Below are positions 13,895 to 27,313 of a stretch of 64,000 nucleotides of DNA, in pieces; position 1 is the first letter of the stretch, and the number at the start of each line of letters is the position of its first letter. This DNA is from Octopus bimaculoides (lineage: Eukaryota), in the NCBI RefSeq assembly GCF_001194135.2, contig NC_069007.1:10561303-10625302 (forward strand), in the 5' to 3' direction. The notes beneath the pieces were generated by a model, which worked only from the letters and a program-made list of their open reading frames with translations, was not told the DNA's origin and made no database searches. The position numbers and the translations under genes are program-made.

Positions 13895-14452
13895 TGAGTG
13901 AGATGGCCATGCATGTCATCAAAGTGACACTGGGGTAAAATATACGAAGCCCAGTATACCCATCATGACTACCCGTCTGATAAGGGTACACCAGGCACAT
14001 GCATCACAACCATACATGCGCGATATGATGATCCCATATCAAGATAAACAGCACATGACCTTGCAGGTGGGGGCCCAGTTAGAATTTTCTTCAGGTCGAG
14101 TAGCCCATCCCATTCAAAAGGTCCTTGAATAAGGTTTGTTTAAGGATGTTAAGCAAAACACCCATGTTTCCAAAGGTGAATTATTCAAACCCCAAAGAAT
14201 TCCTCTCAACACATGGCTATGATGCTTCCCTGACTACTTCTACTCATGATCAGAGATGCACATATCGTCAGCCACCAAGGGACATGCTTAACTGGTTAAG
14301 GTCAAACAACTGACAAGCAAATCTGTGGTATTGAGCAGAATATTTGCTGTAGCCCATCTCTTTATACCAAGACAAAACAATGTACATGATAACACTTCCA
14401 ATCAGTTAAGATCAGAAGCCATGAGAGCAACTGCCTGGTACTGCATCAGTGC
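13895..14452. mobile_element. About 550-bp interspersed element embedded in (ATT)n, copy 1
   Basis: Closely similar full-length copy at 24155-24693; class unknown. Confidence 0.85.
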
Positions 14453-15264
14453 GTTGTTGTTATTATTATTATTATTATTACTTAAACCTGCAAGCTAGCA
14501 TTACTCTGCCAGACAAAATGCTTAGCAGTGTTTCCTCTGTCTTTACGTTTTGAGTTCAAATTCTGCCAAGATTGACTTTGCCATTCATCCATTTGGGGTC
14601 AGTGAAACAAGTAGCATTCAAGCACTGAGATCAATGTAATCAATTAGTCCCCTCCCCTAAAATTTCAGGCCTAGTGCCTAAAGTAGAAAGGATTATTATT
14701 ATCATTATTATTATTATTATTAAAGTGGTGAGCTGCCAGAATCATTAGCATGCTCGGCAAAATACTTACCGGCGTTTCATCCTTCCTTACATTCTCAGTT
14801 CAAATTCTGCAGAGGTGCAGGAGTGGCTGTGTGGTAAGTAGCTTGTTTACCAACCACATGGTTCTGGGTTCACTCCCACTGCGTGGCACCTTGGGCAACT
14901 GTCTTCTACTATAGCCTCAAGCTGACCAAAGCCTTGTGAGTGGATTTGGTAGGCGGAAACTGAAAGAAGCCCGTCGTATATATGTATATATATATTTGTA
15001 TATGTTTGCTTAGTGGCATTTCTTCCAGTTTTATGTTCTGAGTATAAAATTGACATATTTCAAACATGACATTTCTCAACAAAAGACAGAGAGGTGTATC
15101 AAATTTCTCTGCACAGTTAAAGGTAATAAAATTTTGAATGGACATATCTGAATTCTGCAGTGACAAGGTTAATGGATGTGTATTGTTGCATGACAACATT
15201 TAAGCGATGACCACGTCATGTTCACCTGCCCTGCAAACAGTATTTCTCACAGACAAGTGATTTT

Positions 15265-15970
15265 TCACATCAGAACATGACTCAATATCCTTTGTTTCAT
15301 CCATTCTGGAACAGAAATTAAACTTAAAAGCAATGATGCATAAATATCCCTCCATTCGTCTTCTCCACCCACTATTCCTGGAAGGGTTGTGATGCTAGTC
15401 TTCAGGTACCTTTTCCTGTCAGATGCAACCATTATTAGACTTTCTGGCAGGATTCCCAAGCATGATCTGAGACTATGGATATTATTCCAATCATCTCATT
15501 CTTGATCTAACCTAGGTCTCCTGCTGGTCAGCTTTCCTTGAAGAATCTGTCTTACAAACCTTTTCTGTGACATTAAAATCATGTGTCTGCATGTAGTACC
15601 AGGGCTGTAATCTCTCAGGGCAGAGCTCAACCTGGAAAGACTCCCTGATCTCCAAGCTACGCTCCTTGTCAAGGAACCCCATTTTGGCCACTTGTTTTCA
15701 TGGTTGTACTCTTTTGGTCATTATTTAACATTCAGGTCCATAGGTGAGGATAGGCACAAAAACTGAATCGAAGATAGCGTGTTTGGTTTCTTTTTACTGA
15801 TTATGATGTCTGTAATACCAGACCTGTGACATTTCAATGCGGAGAAGTAAAGGCTCAATTTGGACAGATTCCCTGATCTCCAACTATGCACCTTGCCAAG
15901 TAACATTACGCCAGAGACCCTTTCAGGGAACCCCATTTTGGCCACTTGTGATCTTACCCTTTCAATCATT
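15265..15970 (-). mobile_element. Old RTE-type LINE 3' remnant(s)
   Basis: LQGKLTSRRPRL...LGILPESLIMVASDR pattern; internal duplicated segment gggaaccccattttggccacttg. Confidence 0.55.
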
Positions 15971-16127
15971 ACCCAAAATTCATGAACCTAGGTGAAAATA
16001 AGCATGATATCTGAATTGAAGATAGTGAGTTTGGTTTCTTTTTTTTTTTTTTTTTTTTTTACCAATCTTTCCTCTTTTGATAAAATTTCTAATTTTTGTC
16101 TTTGTTTTCTTTCTTTTCAATTTCCAG

Positions 16128-16566
16128 GCAGCTTTGCAGGTTAGAAAAAAAAATGAGCTCAGATATATCAATGATTTTAAGCATTTTACGCAACCAGTAT
16201 TCAACTGCTGCTGTATCAGTCCCAGCCGTAAGTTTCAGTGGAGGTGCTCAAATCAGCTCTTCGTCACAGGCCCCAGCCAGTGGCAGTTATACAGCGCCAG
16301 TCTCTTGTAAAACAGCTGTATCAGAGCCGAAAACAACAGCAGGAAGTAACTATCAAGCATTTCCAAAATCTAGTGAACAACAACAACTACATCAACAACA
16401 GCAACAACATCAACAACAACAGCAACAGCAGCAGCAGCAGCAACAACATTCGCAGCAGCTGGATTCAAATGTAACAAACATGGTGGGTGGGGATGTGAGT
16501 TCCGTTCCAGATGATGATGTATTCCAGTTCCCCCCTCCGCCTCCTCCTTATTCAAGTGATGTCCAG
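16128..16566 (+). CDS. KCNH2: ERG-type K+ channel exon (R-QLCRLEKKMSSDISMILSILRNQY...polyQ...PPPPPPYSSDVQ)
   Basis: Strong pyrimidine tract + TTCCAG acceptor, GTAAAG donor at 16567. QLCRLEKKMSSDISMILSIL resembles hERG [20 protein letters not shown]; phases are consistent. Confidence 0.92.
16378..16458 (+). repeat. Coding CAA/CAG repeat, polyQ (Q3-LH-Q5-H-Q12-HS-Q2)
   Basis: Read directly in the frame of the 16128-16566 exon. Confidence 0.95.
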
Positions 16567-18318
16567 GTAAAGATAGAAAATTTTAATTCTTCAATTTCTT
16601 TTCTGAAAGCCATTAAAAAAACGATGTTAGTCCCTATTTTCAATGAAACAATATAGAGACATAGATCCAAACTCACACAGTTTACTAGTTTCAGCTTAAG
16701 AGCTATGGCCATGCTGGGGCATGGCTGTTAGCTATGTTACACTTTTCCTACTTGAAACCTCCTCTGATGTATGGCTTTTGTGAATGAGAGGGTTTGGTGT
16801 TGCTGCCCTCATCTGCGTTTCCTTCTGTGATACCAAGATATGGATTCAGAGAATCATATGGTTGTCACAGAAAGTTCTTCTACTGGACTCAGCTGACAGA
16901 CCACAAAACAGCCCAATACAGAGAAATGTTATGTAGTATGTCTATGAAGCTGAAATCCAGAAGATCTGATTGATGAAATTATTTCATAAGGTATATATAA
17001 ACCATAAAATATCAGGTGGTACAAGAGATGAATAAATATTTATTTAACCACATGACATCCTAAGGATTACAGCTGTTTCACAGCCTTCTTCATGTTGTAA
17101 TAATTTCAGTGTGGAAGAAATTATGCTTATATGTTTGTATTACTATGCATTATACAGTAAAATTGCATATTTACAAATCAATACAAATAAAGAAAGCTAG
17201 ATCATCAGAGTATCATGGTTACACCAACGATTCGACTAATGGCAGTACCCCAGCATGGCCACAGCTCTTGTGCTAAAACTAGTAACAGAATAAAAGAATA
17301 AAGAAAGAGAATCAGAATTCTGTATCTGTGTGTGTGTGTAATAGCTAAGGCATTTAGTACAAAAGCTTGGATATTATTGTCTAAACTCTGTATTCACAAT
17401 TCGTAGTAATAAAGAGTGGCTGTCTGATGAGGTGCAATATTTATGTAACATGTGTGACATGCCTACTTTAAAAGCGTCTTTCCTACATGTGCACATTACA
17501 TGCAAACAAACAAACATATTCATCTGCATGTGTATGTGTGTGTGTAATGAAATATCTCACTTTATAAAATGTCTAATTACTAAATCATTCTGCTGCTTTC
17601 TAAAAAAGAATGAAGTAGTACCATACATGATTGAATCTGACTAAAAACAAGAAAAATAAGTCCCTCTCTGATATATTCTAAAGGAGCAGAGTGTATTAGT
17701 TACAATATTAATTACTTGATTAATTAATTAGACCTCAGCTTATTACAAACGACAGTTGAAATATATCTGACAAAATACAAAGCATTCTGTTTATCTTTTT
17801 TACTCTTTTGGTCTGATTGGGTATATAAAAATGATGAAACAGAAAGCCTTCCATTTTGTCAGCTATACATTTACACATACACTCACACACATCACATACA
17901 CACACTCATAATATATATTGCACACAGACACACATATATATACACATATATCTACACATACACATATATCTACACATACACACACACATGTAAAAAGGCA
18001 CATTGTCATCATTTCACGTCCGTTTTCCATGCTGGCATGGGTTGGACAGCTTGACTGGGGGCTGTCTTGGCAAAAGACCGCACCAGGCTTCACTGTCTGT
18101 TTTGACAGGGCTTTCATCACTGGATGCCCTTCTTAACACCAACCCCCTTACAGAGTGGTATACAAGTACATATACCATCATCATTTAACATCCACACCAG
18201 CATGGGTCAGACGGTTTGACTGGAACCGGTAAGCCAGAGAACTGATTGGTAAGACCAGCCATGATGTATACTTAATACTATAAAATTTGAATATAACACA
18301 TATATACANNNNNNNNNN

Positions 18319-18367
<49 letters not shown>

Positions 18368-19099
18368 CATAGCACATATGCTCCTGGATTCTTGTGAGAC
18401 AACCTTACAGAAGGCAAGCAGTACACAACCAACACTACAGTACACCGTCACCGTAGCAACTGAACTGCTCCCCACCTCTTGCCCATTGTCATATCATAAG
18501 ACATATATTCAAATATTTCCCTACAACAATCCTGATAATCCAGGAGGATTCTTAATCTAACATAAAAATGACCTTTCAGCATGATTTCTATCACAAATTT
18601 TCGAAAACAAAAAGACAAGCAGATAAAATGCCATAGAACTCGACCCTCTTCTAATAACAGACCAAACTATAGTGCTGCCGTTCTATTCACTTTATCAATC
18701 TAAAACTCTTTCTCTTACTTCCTTTCTTTGCTGCTTCTTCTCCAGGATTCTTAGTAGAGTTGTCCAATATAACTCTCTTTGGCAGGTAGGTTTATATATG
18801 TTTTCATTTTTTTATAATTAATTGATTTTTTTTTCTAATTAATATTTTTGTTATTCAGTTTCTTGTTTATTCCTCTTTGCTTTATTGTCTATTTATCTTC
18901 TGCTTTTGTTTATTCCTCTTTCCCCCCCCCCCTAAATCAGTGTCTGACAATAAGCAGCTTTAAGATGTTTGCACTCTGTTGTCTGTTTACCTACCTACCT
19001 GTAGCTATCTATCTAACTATACCTATCTATCTATATCTATCTATCTATATTTATATCTATATCTATATGTATCTATCTATAACTATTTATCTATCTATC

Positions 19100-19720
19100 T
19101 ATCATCATCATCATCATCATCATCGTTTAACGTCCGCTTTCCATGCTAGCATGGGTTGGACGATTTGACTGAGGACTGGTGAAACCGGATGGCAACACCA
19201 GGCTCCAGTCTGATTTGGCAGAGTTTCTACAGCTGGATGCCCTTCCTAACGCCAACCACTCAGAGAGTGTAGTGGGTGCTTTTACGTGTCACCCGCACGA
19301 AAACGGCCACGCTCGAAATGGTGTCTTTTATGTGCCNNNNNNNNNNNNNNNNNNNNNNNNNNNNNNNNNNNNNNNNNNNNNNNNNNNNNNNNNNNNNNNC
19401 AGTAGTCATCGCCTCGGTGAGGCCCAATGTACGAAGGTCTTGCCTCACCACCTCAGCCTAGGTCTTCCTGGGCCTACCTCTTCCACGGGTTCCCTCAACT
19501 GTTAGGGTGTGGCACTTTTTCACGCAGCTATCCTCCTCCATTCTCACCACATGTCCATACCAGCGCAATCGTCTCTCTTGCACGCCACAACTGATGCTTC
19601 TAATGTTCAGCTTTTCTCTCAAGATACTTACACTCTGACGGGTATTCACATTGACATTACACATCCAACGGAGCATACTGGCTTCATTCCTTGCGAGCTT
19701 ACGTATGTCCTCAGCAGTTA
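19100..19720 (-). mobile_element. RTE-clade LINE 3' end with (GAT)n tail
   Basis: MLRWMCNV...RRLRWYGHVVRM...EGTRGRGRPRKT plus the conserved 3' UTR; internal gap 19337-19399. Confidence 0.9.
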
Positions 19721-19902
19721 CAGCCCATGTTTCACTGATTTATCTACCTACCCAGTTGGTTTGCCCTAACCAATGCAACTCTTCTTCACCAGGCGTCTCA
19801 GTCTTCCTTAGTAGTTTTCTTATTCTCAAACTTCATATCCATTATGTTCCACAAGTTGATCTTTGCTCTTCTTGGTTTACTGATACTTTCATGACCTTGC
19901 GT

Positions 19903-20280
19903 GGAGGCGCAATGGCCCAGTGGTTAGGGCAGCAGACTCACGGTCATAGGATCGCGGTTTCGATTCCCAGACCGGGCGTTGTGAGTGTTTATTGAGCGAA
20001 AACACCTAAAGTTCCATGAGGCTCCGGCAGGGGATGGTGGCGAACCCTGCTGTACTCTTCCACCATAACTTTCTCTCACTCTTACTTCTTGTTTCTGTTG
20101 TGCCTGTAATTCAAAGGGTCAGCCTTGTCACACTGTGTCACGCTGAATATCCCCGAGAACTACATTAAGGGTACACGTGTCTGTGGAGTGCTCAGCCACT
20201 TGCACGTTAATTTCACTAACAGGCTGTTCCGTTGATCGGATCAACTGGAACCCTCTTCGTCGTAAGCGACGGAGTGCCAG
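19903..20280 (+). mobile_element. tRNA-derived SINE, near full length
   Basis: A box TGGCCCAGTGG and B box GGTTTCGATTCC. A second near-identical copy lies at 49883-50246. Relatives sharing the 3' half are at about 8500-8826, 21440-21830, 25305-25490 and 39405-39722. Confidence 0.9.
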
Positions 20281-20929
20281 CAACATGTCCTTGCATGAAT
20301 TTCCAAAGGAGGAGTCCACTGGATATTTCATCCTTACTTCTGTAGCTATGTCTTGCATAAAATGTTCTTCCTCTGATTACCGAAATGATGGTAGGAAGAC
20401 TACCATACATCCAACCCTTTGTGGCTTGTTGCTGCCAAGAAAGATTGAGAACTGCACTAAGCATACATACCATTAAGCTTCTTTTGAAGCCCATGCTGAA
20501 GAGCCATAGAGAAATACTGCTTCAAAGACTGCTTTGAAGAAATCCCTTTTCATGTTGTTAAGAAGGGAGGACTTTTGTATAATTCTGTCTGTCTAGGGCA
20601 TTACATGCTTTTGCAGTCCTTACTTAGGCATCCTTTTCTGTTGAAACGATGTTAATTTGCAGGTAATTAAAAGTCATCAACCATCATCAGATTGACATCA
20701 TTCAGTTTACTAGCTATCACCTGTTTTGTAACAGGTGATACCTTTGTGTACATTTGCAGGCGTCTGTATGTGTGTGTGTGACTGCCTATATCTTTTTAAC
20801 TGGCTGATGAGGTCGGAGTGTCTTGACATGCTTGCAAGTTCTGCTAGAAAAAGCAGTTTAATCTATTAAAAATATCACACTAATCAGTAAACCATGTGCC
20901 TTCACAGCACATGGCTGAGTGGTTAATAT

Positions 20930-21432
20930 CATGTGCGGACAGGATGCCGAATGCATTTTTGCCAAAGGGCGCCAAAGACAAGATGCTCAACGGACACAAT
21001 GCCAAACGAACATAAAGTTGAATGGATACAATGCTGAATGGACATAATGCTGAATGCACACAGTGCCAAATGGACATAAAGCCAAATGGACACAATGCTG
21101 AACGGACATAAAGCCGAACGCACACAATGTCAAATGGACATAAAGCCAAATGGACAAAAAGCCGAACAGACACAATGCTGAATGGACACAATGCCAAATG
21201 GACATAAAGCCGAACAGACACAGTAATAACACATTCCTACCTATATAATTTAATGACCAATTCACCAATTTGACACTTAAGATTTAATGAGATTAAATTT
21301 TAATTTTTGCATGTCTTTTCGGCATCTTGCTTGTTTGGTTTTATGTCCGTTTGGCATTGTGTTCATTTGGCTTCTTGGCTTCAGCTTCTTGTCCTTTGGC
21401 AAAAGTGCATTTAACATTCTGTCCATGTACCA
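20930..21432. mobile_element. MITE-like element with long degenerate TIRs and internal ~15-bp tandem repeats, inserted in a SINE head
   Basis: 8-bp direct repeat GTTAATAT at 20922-20929 and 21433-21440; ggacag...aatgca.ttttgccaaagg is mirrored at the right end; GGACACAATGCCAAAT-type units at about 20990-21220. Confidence 0.7.
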
Positions 21433-23016
21433 GTTAATATATTCAGCTCACGATCATCTGGTCCTGAGTTCAATTCCCGGCAACGTGTTGCATCCTTAAG
21501 CAAGACACTTTATTTCATGTTGCTCCAGTCCACTCAGCTGGCAATAATGTCTTGTACCTGTAATTCAATGAGCCAGGTGTGTCTGTGGAGTACTCAACCG
21601 CTTGTACGTTAATTTCACAAGCAGGCTGTTCCATTGATTATTGTTGTGTCAGTTTGAGAGGCAAGAACTGGCTAGTTTGAACAGGAAACAGGTAGAACAT
21701 TTGAGCCAGTTATGGCTAAAAGGTATGCATGTCTGTGGAGTACTCAACCACTTGCACATTAATTTCATGAGCAGGCTGTTCCATCGATCCAATCAACTGG
21801 AAACCTTGTCATAAACAACCGAGTGTCCAGTCACCCATTATCACTGTCTGAAAAAGTAGAAAGTTACTTTAGATAATGTAGTCTTATTTATCCTCACCAC
21901 CTCTTGATAAAGGGGTGACAGTCACGCCTGGAAGGCTTTTGATTGTAGGGCTGCACAATCAGAACTGATCTAGTTTACAGGATAAACATTTTAAGTAGTT
22001 CAGATGTTTTTTAAGCCCAGGTCAAACAATTAAACAGAAGTATATCTTTTTATATTTATCTAATGAATTCTTTCACATTTTTGAGTGAAGAAAGAGTATG
22101 AAGCGATTTCCAGTAAATTTGTCTGCTATTTCTTGCAGGTTAAACAACCAGCTTCAAAATTCCCCCGTTGCTTTCGTCCAAAATCGCAGAATTTTTAAAG
22201 GGAGATAACTATCTCGCACTAGCCTTCTCAAGGGAGATAACATACGCTTTATATTTCGTTTTTGTATTTGGTTTGCAAGATTTTTAATGATACAGATTTA
22301 ACTGTATCTTGGGTGGGTCATTTTCCTAATAATAAACACATGCACTGCTTCTTTTTTCTTTATCATTTGTTAATTGCTTAACTATTTAACCGATTGTCGC
22401 GAATTGAATAGTGACGAAAAGACTGACAAAAGTTACTGATAGATAGACCAGCAGAATNNNNNNNNNNNNNNNNNNNNNNNNNNNNNNNNNNNNNNNNNNN
22501 NNNNNNNNNNNNNNNNNNNNNNNNNNNNNNNNNNNNNNNNNNNNNNNNNNNNNNNNNNNNNNNNNNNNNNNNNNNNNNNNNNNNNNNNNNNNNNNNNNNN
22601 NNNNNNNNNNNNNNNNNNNNNNNNNNNNNNNNNNNNNNNNNNNNNNNNNNNNNNNNNNNNNNNNNNNNNNNNNNNNNNNNNNNNNNNNNNNNNNNNNNNN
22701 NNNNNNNNNNNNNNNNNNNNNNNNNNNNNNNNNNNNNNNNNNNNNNNNNNNNNNNNNNNNNNNNNNNNNNNNNNNNNNNNNNNNNNNNNNNNNNNNNNNN
22801 NNNNNNNNNNNNNNNNNNNNNNNNNNNNNNNNNNNNNNNNNNNNNNNNNNNNNNNNNNNNNNNNNNNNNNNNNNNNNNNNNNNNNNNNNNNNNNNNNNNN
22901 NNNNNNNNNNNNNNNNNNNNNNNNNNNNNNNNNNNNNNNNNNNNNNNNNNNNNNNNNNNNNNNNNNNNNNNNNNNNNNNNNNNNNNNNNNNNNNNNNNNN
23001 NNNNNNNNNTATATAG

Positions 23017-23054
<38 letters not shown>

Positions 23055-23370
23055 GTGTGTGTGTGTGGTTATATAACCTTTGCTCTGTTTTAATCTAAAA
23101 TTGCATATTTGCTATTAATGATGGTATCATCATCATCATCGTTTAACGTCCGCTTTCCATGCTAGCATGGGTTGGACAATTTGACTGAGGACTGGTGAAA
23201 CCAGATGGCTACACCAGGCTCCAATCTGATTTGGCAGAGTTTCTACAGCTGGATGCCCTTCCCAACGCCAACCACTCCGAGAGTGTAGTGGGTGCTTTTA
23301 GTTTTTCCTTTGGTAGCAGATTGTGTTGAATTATTACATTTACTGGTCTTTCGTCATTCCTGATCCCTCT

Positions 23371-23571
23371 TTACACCTTTCCCTTTTCTTAGCTCTTTTA
23401 CTCATCACTTCCCTGGCTTTTCATGTTCCATCCTGTCTTACACCTTTCCCTTTTCATAGCTCTTTTACGCTTCACTTCCCTGGCTTTTCATGTTCCATCC
23501 AATCTTACACCTTTCCCTTTTCATAGCTCTTTTACGCTTCACTTCCCTGGCTTTTCATGTTCCATCCTGTC
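23371..23571. repeat. About 60-bp pyrimidine-rich minisatellite, about 3 units
   Basis: tacacctttcccttttcatagctcttttacgcttcacttccctggcttttcatgttccatcc is repeated. Confidence 0.9.
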
Positions 23572-23894
23572 TGCTGTAGAATGCATGTTCTTATGCTTAT
23601 TGTTGCTTTCTCCCACCTCTTTTGCCATTTTACTAAGCACTCTATTCAATATTAATATTACTAATATTATTATTATTATTAAGGCGGTGAGCTGGCAGAG
23701 TCATCAGCACACTGGACGAAATGTTTTGCAGCATTTCGGAAGAAGCTAGGTTCTGAGTTCAAATTCTGCCAAGGTTGACTTTGCCTTTCATCCTTTCAGG
23801 GTCAATAAATTAAGTACCAGTCAAGTACTGGGGTTGATGAAACCAACTTTATCCCTCCCCCAAAATTTCAGACCTTGTGCCTTTAGTAGAAAGG

Positions 23895-23935
<41 letters not shown>

Positions 23936-24154
23936 CAAGGTGGTGAGCTGGCAGAATCGTTAACATGCTGGGCAAAATGTTTTGCAGCATTTTGTCCATC
24001 TTCAGGTTCTGAGTTCAAATTCCACTGTGGTTGGCTTTACCTTTCATCTTTCTGGTGAAATAAGCACTAGGGTCGATATAATCGACTAGACCCTTCCCCC
24101 AAACTTTTCAACGTTTTGTGCCTAGAGTAGAAATAATGATAATAATTATTATTA

Positions 24155-24693
24155 TAGAGTGGGAGAGCAGTGCATGTCATCAAAGTGACACTGGGGTAAA
24201 ATATACGAAGCCCATTATACCCATCATGACTACCCATCTGATAAGGGTACACCAGGCACATGCATCACTACCATATGTGCATAACATGATGATCCCATAT
24301 CAAGATAAACAGCACATGACCTCGCAGGTGGGGCCCAGTTAGAATTTTCTTCAGGTCAAGTAACCCATCCCTCTCAAAAGGTCCCTGAATAAGGGTCATT
24401 TAAGGATGTTGAAAGAGACACTCGTGTTTCCAAAGGTGAATTATTCAAACCCCAAAGAATTCCTCTCAACACATGGCTATGATGCTCTCCCGCTACTTCT
24501 GCTCATGATCAGAGATGCACATATCGTCAGCCACCAAGGGACATGTTCAACTGACAAGCAAATCTGTGGTATTGAGCAGAATATTTGCTGTAGCCCATCT
24601 TTTATATCAAGACAAAACAATGTACATGATAACACTTCCAATCAATTAAGATGAGAAGCCATGAAAGCCACAGCCTGGATCTGCATCAGGACA
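24155..24693. mobile_element. About 550-bp interspersed element embedded in (ATT)n, copy 2
   Basis: Same ends as copy 1 at 13895-14452. Confidence 0.85.
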
Positions 24694-27313
24694 TTATTAT
24701 TATTATTATTATTATTAAGGTGGCAAGCTGGCAGAAACGTTAGCATGCCAGGCAAAACGCTTAGTGGTATTTTGTCTGTCTTTATATTCTGAGTTCAAAT
24801 TCCACCAAGGTCAACTTTGCCTTTCATACTTTCGTGGTCGATAAATTAAGTACCAATTATGTACTGGAGTCAATCTAATCAACTGGCCCCTTCCCTCAAA
24901 ATTTTGGGCCTTGTGCCTAGAATAAAATATTATTATTATTATCATTTATTATTATTATTATTATTATGATTGTGAGCTGAGAGACTCATTAGCACATTGG
25001 ACAAACTACTTAGTGGCATATCTCCCAGTGCTTTACTTTCTGTGATCAAATTCTGTTGAGGTCAACTTTCCGTTTCATCCTTTTGTGATTGATGAAATAA
25101 AGTACCAGTCAAGTACTGGGGTCAGTGTAGTTCACTAATCCCCTCCCAGAAACTTGCTGGCATTGTGCCAGAATAGGAAACCATGAGGGTGGTGAGCTTG
25201 CCAAATCATTAGTGTGCCAGACAAATTCTAAGTAATTTTTTTTTTTCTGGTTTTTTAGAATGAAAGACCAGTCTTATTTTTGGATGGAAATATACAATAA
25301 TTGAAGGCACATAGGTTAGTGGTTAGGCTATTCAACTCATGATTATGAGATCATGAGTTCAATACCATGTGGCGTGTTGTGTCCTTGTGCAGGACACGTT
25401 ATTTCACATTGCTTCAGTCCACTCAACTGGCAAAAATAAGTTGTATCTGTATTTCAAATGGGCACATGTCTGTGGAGTACTCAGCCACTTGGACTCAGTG
25501 CTCTTTATATGACACTAGCACAGGTGAGGTCTGTTTTGGCATGTTTTTTACAGTTGGATGCCCTTCCAAACACCAACCACTTTACAGTGTAGTTTGGATG
25601 CTTTTATATGGCACCAGCACTGACTGGGTCACCAAAGTAACTCACAAGACAAGGAATTTTGAGAGGGGAGGGAGCAATAGAAGAGGTGATCTTGTGTCAG
25701 ATGTCTACCTGGGAAGAGAGAGAGAAAACAAGAGAGGAAGAGATCGGGCAGAAATAGGTGTGCTGCTGTAGAGGCGATTCATGATTACCCAGCCAGAGGG
25801 AAGAGCAAAATAATCCTGGGTGTGGCAATAGACTGATCAATATATGCTAATTAAAAAATAATCCAGGGCATGGCAGTAAAACCCTACCAGATTCACCATT
25901 CTCAATAAATGTTTCATCACTAAACGCATAGTATGCAGCGATGAAAACTGCAAGGGAAACTGAACAAGAAATAAATGGTAAAACATTAAGCTACATTAAG
26001 TCTGTGGAGTACTCAGCCACATTAATTTCGTGCGAGTACCATTTAGATGCATGTGCTTTTATCACCATCCTAACCTCATTAACACCACACCAAATGCCAT
26101 ATGAAATATGAGGTTATTCAGTTGCATCTTGGGAGGGTCATTATGCCAATAACAAACACATGCACTGACTAGTTCACTTCGTTATTATTCTTTTATACAT
26201 GTTTCTGTCATCAGACTGCAGCCATGCTGGGGCATCGCCTTGAAGAATTTTAATCGAATGAATTGACCCCAGTATTTTTGTTCATTTTTTAAGCGTGGTA
26301 CCTATTCTATTGGCCTCTTATGCTGAACTGCTAAATTACGGGGAATGTAAACGTACCAACACCAGTTAGGGGAACAAACACTCACACACATTCACACATA
26401 TATATATACGTATAATACGACAGGCTTCTTTCAGTTTCCATCTCCCAAATCTACTCACAAGGCTTGGTCAGCCCGAGTCTATAGTAAAAGACATTTGCCC
26501 AAGGTGCCACACAGGGGGACTGAACCCATAGCCATGTGGTTGGGAAGCAAGCCACTCCTGTGCCTATACTGGTTAACTAACCAATTAACTTATCAATTAT
26601 TTGTTCAGTGATTTGATTTGATCAGTTTGTCATAACCCTGTCGGTGTCATTTACATAATAAATTCATTTGTTTCTCGTTTATTCTTTTACTTGTTTCAGT
26701 CATTTGACTGTGGCCATGCTAGAGCACCACCTTTATAGTCGAGCAAATCGACCCCAGAGCTTATTCTATCGGTCTCTTTTGAGACACCAGCATCGGTTGT
26801 AAAGCAATGCTGGAGGGGGGACAAACAGACACACAAACACACAAACACACACATACATATATATATATATATACGACGGGCTTCTTCCAGTTTCCATCTA
26901 CAAAATCCACTCACAAGGCTTTGGTCGGCCCGAGGCTATAGTAGAAGACACTTGTTCAAGGTGCCATGCAGTGGGACTGAACCGGGAACCATGTGGTTGG
27001 TAAGCAAGCTACTTACCACACAGCTACTCGTTTATTTGATTTTTGTTTGTTTTTTTTTGTTGTTGATTCTTAAAGTTTTGTGTTTTTCATCATACATAGT
27101 AGCATATTATGAGTTTAATAGTCTTCTCTTCTATCTTGGAAGGGTCATTATGCTAATAACAAACATGCACTAGTTGTATTTCACTTCATTATTATTCATT
27201 TAATGAATCAGTCAGTTTGCCGTAATACTTTTGTTGTCATTTACATAATAAATTAATTTGTTTATTTTTTATTGATTCTTAAACATGTTTCTTGTGTTTT
27301 TTTTTTTTCAAAG

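Noticed and set aside
14395-14430. Resemblance of atcagttaagatcaga to U2 snRNA
   Set aside because: Only a short partial match; the U2 5' stem, branch-site pairing region and Sm site are absent.
17055-17100. Minus-strand GAAACAGCUGUA with palindromic stem III, hammerhead-like
   Set aside because: The CUGANGA core and stems I and II cannot be formed; too decayed to call.
20880-21268. Repetitive Cys/His-rich ORFs (HLALCPF...) and a CRISPR-like appearance
   Set aside because: Tandem ~15-bp MITE subterminal repeats with no unique spacers and no cas genes; eukaryotic DNA.
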